From a virus (lineage: Duplodnaviria > Caudoviricetes), in IMG/VR virus record IMGVR_UViG_3300047308_000044, positions 1 through 29,116 of that record: DNA of 29,116 nucleotides; one strand, written 5' to 3'. The notes under the pieces are model-generated. The model was not told the origin of the DNA. It worked only from the letters and a program-made list of their open reading frames with translations, and searched no databases. Position numbers and translations under genes: made by a program. How positions within the stretch are numbered: the stretch's first letter is position 1; each line of letters opens with the position of its first letter. Below, piece by piece: positions 6,330 through 14,929 of the stretch.

Positions 6330-9300
6330 TTAGACCCCTCGGGCGCTCCAGCTGAATGCTCCACTCACTCTAGTGCCGGCTGCATCAAAGAGATAGACCG
6401 AGAATTGCGTGGGATTTGGGGCATCAACAAATGAGTATGTTGCCGATACTGAGGTCGTTGCGATAGGGGTTACCGCAATGCTTGAAACATCGATAAATGC
6501 CACATTGAATAGAACCGTCGTACCAGATGCATCCGTTGAAAGAGCATTCCCGCTGCCTGCATCACTGCGAAGCTTGGAATCCAGTTTGACGTTGAGGTTA
6601 GTGACTTGCAGCAGGTTGTTAGTACCGGTAGCCGCGAAATCGTATTGCACCCTGACGTAGCGGAAATTGGTGGCAAAGACCGAGTTAAGTCCCGAATACA
6701 CGGTCCACTTGGCCCAGCTGACTCCAGGCGTTTGGGTGGCAATCGTTGCGCTGGTGGCTGTGACCGTGAATTGAGTAGTTGTTGGCACCGTCGCAACGGT
6801 ATAAGTTCGACTTGTGGCGCCACCAGTTGCAAAGCTTAGATAAACCAGATCCCCAACTATCAAGCCATGCGCGGCGGCTGTGTTAACCGTGATGATGTTA
6901 CCGGTTTGGGAGTAGTTGGTGGCGTTGGTAAGTGTGCCGCCCCTGGTGCTGATGTTTGGAGTGAATGATGTTGTTCCAACAATGTTGTTACTGGTGAGAA
7001 CAGTGGTGATTTTGTTTGCGGCTAAAACAGAGCCATAGTCAAATTCTTCTATATAGTTGCCTGTTGCTAGCGATGGGGTAAATAGGTAGGGAAAACCAGC
7101 GGTGATTTGCGCTTGCAACGTGGTCCAACCATTAGCGCTAAAGTGCGTTGCCCATGTGTCTGTAGTGCTTACGTTTGCGTAAAGACTGGAGCCTTCGACT
7201 ACAGCGTTTGTCTTGGTCCCGGTAAACAAACTGTTCTGATCACTTTGGAGTTGATAATCAGGCGGCTGGCTAACTTGCGCTGAGATGCTACCCGGGGTGC
7301 CCATATTGCCCGCTGAATCCACGCCCGTGACCCAGTAGGTATAGACACCAGCGGCTAGTTCAAAGACAGAAGTGAAGCGGCCTGATTTTGTACCGATGAG
7401 AGTGCTTGTCGCGTATGTTGTCCCTTTGCGGATTTCATAAGACACAATCGGCAGAGTGCTGGGGTTTGGATCATTGGCATGGCGCCAATACAGTAAAACG
7501 TTGTTGTCAACTACTTGCTGGGTGACGATTGTCTGCGACGGGGCATTGATCGTAACGTCGAAAAATTGTGTATTGCTTCCTTTGTTCCCAGCAATGTCAA
7601 CCGTGACAATGAAGAAGCGCTTTGTACCAATCCAGTTGCCAACGATGGAGTAGGTAGTCGCCTGCACGGTCCCCACTACGGTTGCCACTTGCCAGTCGTT
7701 GCCAACTGGACCAAAGCGGATTTCGTAGTAAGCCGTGCTCAGGCTTCCCGCAACTGCCGTCCATTTAAGGAGGATGGTGTCGTTAGCAAAGGTGGCCGTG
7801 GTAACCGGCTGGCCTGTGGCAGTCGTCGTGATAGAAGCGCTGGCCGCATTTGTGCTGTAGGAGCCACTGGTGTCTAGGGCCTTGATATGCCAAGTCGTTG
7901 TGGCGCTTGCAGGGATCAATCCAACCTTTGTGGTGGTGACGTTTAGCAAGCCGATCTTGGTGCCGGTATTCCATGCCGCACCTTGCCAAACCTCGTAACC
8001 CTGCAGGTCCAGATCTGGTGCCGGGTCCCAGGTCAATGTGACCCCGATGTTGGGGTCCAGGGCAGCGGTGAAGTTGGTGATGTCGCTGGGTGGCGCGACC
8101 TTGCCAAGTGCAGTGATCGAGCCAGACAATGCTGTGATCGACGGGACGCCTGATGCATTGAGGCTGTAGATCTTGAAATCGAAAGTGCCTGGTGTGATGT
8201 CGAGAATTTCAAAATCAACTGATGGTTGCTGAGTAACCGTCCAGTTGCCAAAGTCTTTGCGCCACCTGATTTCATAGTTGCTGACTCCAATTAAGTTATT
8301 ATTTGTGTCTTTAACTACCGGCTTCCAGCTTACAATTACCTTGGAGCGGATAATTCCTTGATATAGGTACAGCGTTTCCTTGGCGCTGAAGTTTGTCGGT
8401 GTTGCAGGTAGCCCGCTGAGATTGACGGCGGTGCGTGGCTGCAGCGGTATACCATCTTCGATATAGGCGTATTTGCTGGCGTTATAAGAAATAGCTGTGA
8501 CGTTGTAAAAAATTTCATCTTGTTCTGTCACGCTTAACACGCGCCAGGTAGTAGCTGGTTTATCTGTAGATTCAAAAACCCAGATGCTATTTGTATTGGG
8601 TGCTGAGCTAAATGCAGTGCCAACAGTGATGACGTTACCGGTAATGGCAGTAACGCTACGGGTCTCAACAATGCCGGCTGGGTATGGACCACCCGATAGG
8701 ATGCAAGATAATGTTGGCGAATTGGCAACAGTTAGCCCGGTTGCATCGTCTACGGTGATTGCGGTTGTTGTTGCAGATGTAATGCGCCCACCACGTCTAG
8801 ACCCAGAAGGGGTACGCATCGGATCGGCAATCTCAATGACTTGCCCTGGTCTGCAAGCCACCCCAGCCTCAATGGAAGCTGTGAACGTGACAATCTCAGA
8901 GTTGTTTTCCTCGTAAAGGATCCATTTGCCGAGGCGTGAAGCTTGGCCCCGTGATGTGCATCCGAAACCAGTGACTTGACTTGTAATTACGCCATACTTG
9001 GCGATGGCATCTTTATCTTCTGAAGCCTCGTAAGCAATATCCCTTGTTTTCAGGTCTAGGTAAGAAACAATGACAACTGTGGGCCTTGTCTTCTTGCTGC
9101 TGTTCTGGTAGGAGAACCCCCCCTCGGCTACATTCGCAAGGGAGAAGAGATAGGTTGGATCTGTCGGGCGATCTTGACTGATGGTTAGGCTGCCTGCACT
9201 CCAGTACGGCATACAGCGCATCGTGCTGCATAAATCGTTAATCAGTTTGTAGGCATCCTCTTGCGTTTGAATGTTGCAGTTGCAAGAGAAGCGCGGCTCG

Positions 9301-10349
9301 GTGCCACCAAAGCCATCAGACACGAGCGCTGAATTGTATTGAGAAGCAGAGTAAAAAGAAAATTTGTCTAGCGATGCTTCCTTGATGTGATCACCCCATC
9401 CATAGCGTGTAGATATAAGCAAATCATATAAAATCCAGGCGGGGTCCGTACACCAGGCAGCAGCGCCAAACACCCCACCCCATACCCCCGAATAAATCAA
9501 TCGCCCGTTAGTAGCATCAACCGTTGCATTATTGGGGATCTTGACCTTGACACCACGCACCAAGTAGGTACGGGTCGGAATTGAGTTGAACTGCTCTGCA
9601 TCGATCCTCAGGCCAACCAAGGCTGAGTTGGGGTATCTCAGTTTTGCGTAGGTGATCTCTGTGTACGAAGCCCAGGAAAAGGCGTTCACTAGTTTCGGAT
9701 CTGTGCTGTCTGCTGTTACGCGGGTGACCTTGATGTCAACAGGACGTGATCCTGTAAAGTTGATTAGGTAATTCTTCTGATACAGATCGCCGCTGCGGCC
9801 AGTGATTGTGTCTGTTGTTGCGCCGTTGGGACCTATCGCTACGTCAGTGAAACCACCATTTGCATATTGAACAGAAATTTTCAGATCGACAGTCGCGCCA
9901 ATAATGTCGCCTTGATTGGTGAACCCCTGAAGCTGCGGGATTGAAATGGTGACCCGCACAGCATCAACACTAGGCTTGGTGATAGAGCGGACAACAGGCA
10001 AGCCATTCAGAACTGTTGTGCTGACTCCTACCTCAGTTTCTACGTTGTTGCTGATCGGGATCGCAGCTTGATCCTGAGTCCCGTTGGTGGTGTAAACACT
10101 GACGTTTTGGAAGTTGTAAGTACCGTCAGTATTTTGAAGTGCTGTGTTGTTAATGTAAATTGATTTATTGCCATCTTTCAAGCCTTCAATTTCGCCTTCG
10201 CTGATCAGGTCAATGACCTTGGCGTATTGGACGGAATCAAGCCCATCCCGTGCTGTTGATGGGGTGTACGAACTGCCGCCACCCTTGCCGCCGCCACCGC
10301 CAGATCCAGTGATCAGGCTCCCCCCCGCAATGCGCCCGCCGCTGCTCAT
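6330..10349 (-). CDS. J: tail tip / host specificity protein J
   Basis: GSGGGGGKGG start, DLISEGEIEGL, YPNSALVGL, DPAWILYDLL, EPRFSCN, GCTSRGQASRLGKW; several FN3-like repeats. Confidence 0.95.
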   Translation of the reverse strand: MSSGGRIAGGSLITGSGGGGGKGGGSSYTPSTARDGLDSVQYAKVIDLISEGEIEGLKDGNKSIYINNTALQNTDGTYNFQNVSVYTTNGTQDQAAIPISNNVETEVGVSTTVLNGLPVVRSITKPSVDAVRVTISIPQLQGFTNQGDIIGATVDLKISVQYANGGFTDVAIGPNGATTDTITGRSGDLYQKNYLINFTGSRPVDIKVTRVTADSTDPKLVNAFSWASYTEITYAKLRYPNSALVGLRIDAEQFNSIPTRTYLVRGVKVKIPNNATVDATNGRLIYSGVWGGVFGAAAWCTDPAWILYDLLISTRYGWGDHIKEASLDKFSFYSASQYNSALVSDGFGGTEPRFSCNCNIQTQEDAYKLINDLCSTMRCMPYWSAGSLTISQDRPTDPTYLFSLANVAEGGFSYQNSSKKTRPTVVIVSYLDLKTRDIAYEASEDKDAIAKYGVITSQVTGFGCTSRGQASRLGKWILYEENNSEIVTFTASIEAGVACRPGQVIEIADPMRTPSGSRRGGRITSATTTAITVDDATGLTVANSPTLSCILSGGPYPAGIVETRSVTAITGNVITVGTAFSSAPNTNSIWVFESTDKPATTWRVLSVTEQDEIFYNVTAISYNASKYAYIEDGIPLQPRTAVNLSGLPATPTNFSAKETLYLYQGIIRSKVIVSWKPVVKDTNNNLIGVSNYEIRWRKDFGNWTVTQQPSVDFEILDITPGTFDFKIYSLNASGVPSITALSGSITALGKVAPPSDITNFTAALDPNIGVTLTWDPAPDLDLQGYEVWQGAAWNTGTKIGLLNVTTTKVGLIPASATTTWHIKALDTSGSYSTNAASASITTTATGQPVTTATFANDTILLKWTAVAGSLSTAYYEIRFGPVGNDWQVATVVGTVQATTYSIVGNWIGTKRFFIVTVDIAGNKGSNTQFFDVTINAPSQTIVTQQVVDNNVLLYWRHANDPNPSTLPIVSYEIRKGTTYATSTLIGTKSGRFTSVFELAAGVYTYWVTGVDSAGNMGTPGSISAQVSQPPDYQLQSDQNSLFTGTKTNAVVEGSSLYANVSTTDTWATHFSANGWTTLQAQITAGFPYLFTPSLATGNYIEEFDYGSVLAANKITTVLTSNNIVGTTSFTPNISTRGGTLTNATNYSQTGNIITVNTAAAHGLIVGDLVYLSFATGGATSRTYTVATVPTTTQFTVTATSATIATQTPGVSWAKWTVYSGLNSVFATNFRYVRVQYDFAATGTNNLLQVTNLNVKLDSKLRSDAGSGNALSTDASGTTVLFNVAFIDVSSIAVTPIATTSVSATYSFVDAPNPTQFSVYLFDAAGTRVSGAFSWSARGV

Positions 10350-10909
10350 GCCGTCACCTGAACGGTGTCAATTCCGGCACTAATTACAATAGAGCCGCAC
10401 AATGTTTCACCATAAATGATGTTTACAGGAGTGCCTTGCCGTGATGTGTTTTGTATGCCAGAGAAGGAATATGACTTGCGTGGGTCCTGTTGGCTGTCAG
10501 TTCCAGATGAGAGCTTCGGCACGGGGCTGATGAGCTGGGCAACGCCACCAAGAATCAAAGAAGAGCCGACACCTAACATTAGGCTTACGCCAAGTGCCCC
10601 AATTCCGGGGATAAAGGACAATGCAACCAAAGCAATCCCCGCAATGATCTTGCCCACCGCTCCAGCGCCAACAACTACCGGCACAATCTTTATTTCTTGC
10701 TGCCCCGCTGGATCGTGCAACTCATCTTTGTCTAGGTCGTAGCTTCCAATACTGACGCGGTAATGCTGGTCAGCAATATGTTTTTCAACCTTTGGCCAGT
10801 TCGCAATCAAGAACCGCACAGCCTCAGCCGCTGTCGATACATCTGCCTCTAGGACACGCTTACCGATGAACGTTGCTAGCTTCCCGTAAAGCTTGATCTT
10901 GCGAAGCAT
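10346..10909 (-). CDS. I: tail assembly protein I
   Basis: IKLYGKL...AEAVRFL, hydrophobic Gly-rich middle, [23 protein letters not shown]. Confidence 0.93.
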   Translation of the reverse strand: MLRKIKLYGKLATFIGKRVLEADVSTAAEAVRFLIANWPKVEKHIADQHYRVSIGSYDLDKDELHDPAGQQEIKIVPVVVGAGAVGKIIAGIALVALSFIPGIGALGVSLMLGVGSSLILGGVAQLISPVPKLSSGTDSQQDPRKSYSFSGIQNTSRQGTPVNIIYGETLCGSIVISAGIDTVQVTA

Positions 10910-11606
10910 GACGCAACCTCCTTCCCGTACATTTTAGGAGCCATCCGCCGCCATACAAATCACGCGATGAGAGGCGATGCTGGAGGTGATGCAAAATCAT
11001 CTGATCGCCTAGATAGACGGCGCAGTGGTTGAGTCCATTGGTGCTGATTGACATAAGCAGCAGATCACCCGGCTCTAGCTTCTCGTCTTCGCCAAGCTCC
11101 CGGAATCCAGTTTCTTTCCAGCACCCGTCAAACATTGGAGCAGCAAGGAATTCATCCGGGCTTCGTGGCCGCTCCCAATCGCGCAAGATGATCCCCTGCT
11201 CGGCGTACCAATCACGGGCACAGGTCCAGCAGTCAGCAACACCCCATACCCACTCTCGGCCAATCAACGGCGCCTTGTAGCCGCAGGGTTTGCACTCCCC
11301 CCAACCTTCTGTTTTGGGATTACAGATGAACCATGACAACCCTCCTGATTTCTCGCACGCCATTCGATCCGCCGGACTTGGGGATGGCGGAGTAACAGGG
11401 TGAGAATGAAATACGGCGACGATCTCACCTGCGTCCTCCGCTCTTGCGTAATCATCTGGATCCAGCAGGAACATCTCCTGGGGGCTGTCCGCCAAGTTCT
11501 TGCAGGGCCAGTACCGCTCTCTCCCTTTGATAATCACCACTAACCCGCACGCCTCTTTAGGGTCTTCAGCCTTTGCGTGCTCCAGTGCTGCGGTTTTCCA
11601 TGTCAC
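10860..11606 (-). CDS. K: tail assembly protein K (MPN/JAB plus NlpC/P60)
   Basis: EACG, HSHP...SPAD JAMM motif; WGVADCW and NHCAVYLG...ILHH NlpC motif. Confidence 0.95.
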   Translation of the reverse strand: MTWKTAALEHAKAEDPKEACGLVVIIKGRERYWPCKNLADSPQEMFLLDPDDYARAEDAGEIVAVFHSHPVTPPSPSPADRMACEKSGGLSWFICNPKTEGWGECKPCGYKAPLIGREWVWGVADCWTCARDWYAEQGIILRDWERPRSPDEFLAAPMFDGCWKETGFRELGEDEKLEPGDLLLMSISTNGLNHCAVYLGDQMILHHLQHRLSSRDLYGGGWLLKCTGRRLRHASQDQALREASNVHR

Positions 11607-13021
11607 TAGCTGTAACCACCGACGCCTGGCATCGAACCAAAAGGCAGCTCGCCTGCAACGTCACGGAAGGCGTAGGTTGTGTCAGCTGTAAAGGTGTAAG
11701 AGCTTGCGGTTGGGGAAGGCGGGATGAAGTACAGCTCCAATGGCGTGACATCACCCGGCAAGTTGCCGTAGTTGGTGAGCGTGATGCTTCCAGCCACTCC
11801 AGCTGTAGGGATCGATGCAATGGTGGTATCGATGCCGGTGCTTCCCCAGACACGCCAGCCAATTGCAAGCCCAGTGGTATCGACGGTAATACCCCGACTG
11901 ATCACAACACCCCGGTTGGTGACAACATTAGAAGTTGCAGTCCTGAGGTACAAGTAAGGCTTCCGGCTCAACGTCACCACAAACCCAGACACCGAGGCAA
12001 CAGTCGTGTTGGTCATGTAGGTGCCAGTAATCGCCATTCCAGCCACAATCCCCGTTGCGCTTGTCATGGTCAACGTTTCTGTGCCTGCTGTCACCGTGCC
12101 GGTCAATGGTCCTGCGCTATTGGAAGCAGTTGCGTTGGCGCTAAGGGTCAAGGTTGTACCGCTAGAAATGGCGCTGACTGTGGTTCCTGTAGGCAGTCCC
12201 CATCCACGGATGATTTCACCCACAGGGATGTTGGCAGTGCTCGCGGTAGTCCAGATGTTGCTGCCAGCCGTGACGGTGCCGGTGAGGGTATAAACGCTGA
12301 ATCGTTTCTGGCAACTGTCTAAACGTTTGCCGCATACATCCAAGGCCGCTGAGCCAACTGGGTTGTTGTTGACGTCGAAGTAGCTGGCTTTGTTGTAGCC
12401 ACACTCAGCAGAGCGGTACTGCCACTGGCAGATGTTAGCAATACACTGCCGCTTTGGACTGCGCACCCCGACAAGATCGAAGGCGCTGCACATCTCATAT
12501 TCAACAACGTCTCTATTCTCAACCGATTTGCGGTCTAAATAATATATTTCAGCGGGTAGATCAGCTGTAGGATCGGGAAAATAGGGACTAACACCACCAG
12601 GCCAGTTAATATGATCGAGGTATCGTGCAAGCGTCCGAATCCTGGTGACCTTTGCACCTTCCAGTGGTGTGGCAAGGATCAGCGATGTGATCGTGCCCAT
12701 AATGTTGGACACCCGAATTTTGGGTCTAGGTAACTGACCATTTCCGCTGTACTCAAAACCCTCAGCCTCAATCGGCATTGCCTGGTAAGCATTGCCAGCC
12801 CACACCACATTCCCGCCATTGCCGACCGCATTGGTGCCAGCATGGAAACGGTAAGTGGTGTTACTGCCGTGAATCGTGCTACTGAGTTGCAATTCAAACA
12901 ATTCAATGATTGCACTTGGAGCAACCGATTGAATCTCACTGCCGATGAGTACGTTGCCGCCTTCACCTACGGCATAGCCATTATCCCAGTAGCCAGAATC
13001 AACGTAAAGTGTAAGGCTCAT
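11606..13021 (-). CDS. L: minor tail protein L with large C-proximal insertion
   Basis: [52 protein letters not shown]...[12 protein letters not shown], terminal LPFGSMPG. Confidence 0.93.
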   Translation of the reverse strand: MSLTLYVDSGYWDNGYAVGEGGNVLIGSEIQSVAPSAIIELFELQLSSTIHGSNTTYRFHAGTNAVGNGGNVVWAGNAYQAMPIEAEGFEYSGNGQLPRPKIRVSNIMGTITSLILATPLEGAKVTRIRTLARYLDHINWPGGVSPYFPDPTADLPAEIYYLDRKSVENRDVVEYEMCSAFDLVGVRSPKRQCIANICQWQYRSAECGYNKASYFDVNNNPVGSAALDVCGKRLDSCQKRFSVYTLTGTVTAGSNIWTTASTANIPVGEIIRGWGLPTGTTVSAISSGTTLTLSANATASNSAGPLTGTVTAGTETLTMTSATGIVAGMAITGTYMTNTTVASVSGFVVTLSRKPYLYLRTATSNVVTNRGVVISRGITVDTTGLAIGWRVWGSTGIDTTIASIPTAGVAGSITLTNYGNLPGDVTPLELYFIPPSPTASSYTFTADTTYAFRDVAGELPFGSMPGVGGYS

Positions 13022-13353
13022 GCAACATCACCCCAAGGGACCCCAGCGGCTTTGCTGGGGTTGCGCTGTTCGTCAATTTGAGCCTGGAGTGCAGCCGATA
13101 CCTCTTCAACCTTTTCAGCACCAAGGGCATTTTTGACCCAGCCGATCACATCAGTTTCGCTGAGATCAGCAAATGGGATCAAGTTTTCGGGACGTTCAAA
13201 ACCAACGCTGCCATAAGCACCAGAAGCCGAATAGGTGTCATCCTTTGCGTCCAGGTGCCAGTGTGCGGTATAGACAAAACCGTCTTTAGTTTCGCGCTCA
13301 AGGTTGGAGATGCTCCAGGTATAGCTTGTGGTTGAGGTTTTAGCTTTAGCCAT
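13018..13353 (-). CDS. conserved fibre-associated protein
   Basis: YTWSISNLERETKDGFVYTAHW...IPFADL...VIGWVK...GVPW pattern typical of genes following cyanophage fibres. Confidence 0.75.
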   Translation of the reverse strand: MAKAKTSTTSYTWSISNLERETKDGFVYTAHWHLDAKDDTYSASGAYGSVGFERPENLIPFADLSETDVIGWVKNALGAEKVEEVSAALQAQIDEQRNPSKAAGVPWGDVA

Positions 13354-13373
13354 GGGTGGAAAGAGTTTATAGA

Positions 13374-13379
13374 AGTGTA
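13374..13379 (-). promoter_or_regulatory. putative -10 element TACACT
   Basis: TAnnnT 20 nt upstream of ATG 13353; similar spacing recurs at other late genes. Confidence 0.5.
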
Positions 13380-13406
13380 GGCTGGTTACTTGCCTAGTGG
13401 CAATGA

Positions 13407-14594
13407 TCAGAAACGGATCATTAGTTGACCCGTAGAAGTTCGGTAGACATCGCCAACAGCAAGACCACCTGTAATTGCAGCAGTGTTATCAGCATAGGTT
13501 GCAACGCTGGAAAAGTTGATCGTGCCGTTATTTTTAATAGTCATTCGCGCCGTCGGGATGGCGCCCGCTGTTGTACTTGTTGTACTAAAGACAAGCCGCC
13601 CCGGCATGATTGTGCTTCCAGGGGATCCGTCTATCTGTGCGTTAATTGAGGCAGCAGTAACAAGCGATACGCCATCTGCTCCTGAGAAAATAATTGATCC
13701 GACGCCATCATCAGGCGAGACTATAGCGACGCTGGTATTACTTGTGCCACGACTCTTACCAAAATTTATAGAAGGCTGAGAATTGTCATCAGAGTTACGA
13801 GTAATCGAAAGATTTGTGGTGGTGCCGCTAGTCCCTTCAATCTGAACCAGGCGGGCCGCACCACCAACGCTACGGCTAGAAGTTGTACCAACTAAAAGCC
13901 TACGGTTAGTATCGACGCGGACACTTTCGCTGGAATTGGTATCAAATATAATGTTTCCTGATCTTGTGCCAATACGTGAGCCAGCAGCTGAGTCAAATAA
14001 AAGAATACCGCAATCTGTTGACGTGGAATCAAGTCTTACAACATCGCCCGAGGAGCTGACATTCAAGCGGCTGGTTGGACTTGCAGTGCCAATGCCAATC
14101 CTGCCCGTACTATTAATAACCAGTGAGTCGTTAGGTGCGCTGCCATGAAAGCTGACGGCTTGGGTAGATCCAGCAGAGCCACCGCCGACGATGTTTACAG
14201 TGCCAGCTGATGAGACAATAAATCTTATAGACGATTCAGTGCCAATAGCAACGTCTTTGCTGATATTTGTAGAGTTAAATGCTATAAACCCCATTGGCGT
14301 AGAATCAACTTGATACTGAAGACGCATCGCAAGGCCATTCCAAGTAGACCCCGCATTGTGACGCACTGACTTTGCATCTAAAAATACATTATTTCCTGTT
14401 GGATTGCTTCTAAATCGTTGAATAATTGTTTCTCCGCCCACTGTTCCTGATGCGTTTTGGCTTGCTTCAAGCAATCCAGTGAATGTCGCTCCGCTTTTTT
14501 CTGCCTTATCGTTGTTTAGGTTGGTGAAGTTTGCATCAACCTCATTCCAGGTCAGCGAGCTACCCTTTGTTGTCCTATTGATAAGAGTGCTCAT
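13407..14594 (-). CDS. tail fibre / spike protein
   Basis: N-terminal KGSSLTWNEVDANFTNLN anchor; GRIGIGT, RLLVGTTS, GKSRGT, MPGRLVFST fibre repeats. Confidence 0.8.
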   Translation of the reverse strand: MSTLINRTTKGSSLTWNEVDANFTNLNNDKAEKSGATFTGLLEASQNASGTVGGETIIQRFRSNPTGNNVFLDAKSVRHNAGSTWNGLAMRLQYQVDSTPMGFIAFNSTNISKDVAIGTESSIRFIVSSAGTVNIVGGGSAGSTQAVSFHGSAPNDSLVINSTGRIGIGTASPTSRLNVSSSGDVVRLDSTSTDCGILLFDSAAGSRIGTRSGNIIFDTNSSESVRVDTNRRLLVGTTSSRSVGGAARLVQIEGTSGTTTNLSITRNSDDNSQPSINFGKSRGTSNTSVAIVSPDDGVGSIIFSGADGVSLVTAASINAQIDGSPGSTIMPGRLVFSTTSTTAGAIPTARMTIKNNGTINFSSVATYADNTAAITGGLAVGDVYRTSTGQLMIRF

Positions 14595-14926
14595 GGTTCA
14601 AACACCTGCCTGAAGGTTGCCTGGATTGTATTAAAATTGTAGGCACGCATTGTCACCTGCCATTCTTCGCAGAGATACTTCCCGGCAACACCACGCGGCG
14701 GGGTCCAGTCAAATGACGTGACGCCTACGCTGGATTCAAAAAAACTCAGGATTGCATCTCGCTCCGTATTGGTGCGTTCTGAGAATGTCAGGCTCCATTG
14801 CTTGGGGTCGGTGTTAAGACCAAAACGAACACGGCTTTCATAGCCGTCGCCTGCCACGAATTTGCGGACGCGAGGCTTGCTGCTCTCGTTAGCTTCAAAG
14901 CTGGGTATGTAGGTGAAAGTTGCCAT
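14591..14926 (-). CDS. M: minor tail protein M (distal tail)
   Basis: GDGYESRVRFGLN, FDWTPP, ATFRQVFEP; follows the tape measure gene. Confidence 0.93.
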   Translation of the reverse strand: MATFTYIPSFEANESSKPRVRKFVAGDGYESRVRFGLNTDPKQWSLTFSERTNTERDAILSFFESSVGVTSFDWTPPRGVAGKYLCEEWQVTMRAYNFNTIQATFRQVFEP

Positions 14927-14929
14927 GGG

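Noticed and set aside
11655-12298. Possible intein in L
   Set aside because: No C-terminal His-Asn splice motif or homing endonuclease motifs; Thr-rich structural repeats instead
11573-12322. 249-aa plus-strand ORF opposite the L insertion
   Set aside because: Arg/Cys/His-rich non-protein-like composition; the minus-strand frame is continuous with gpL motifs on both sides
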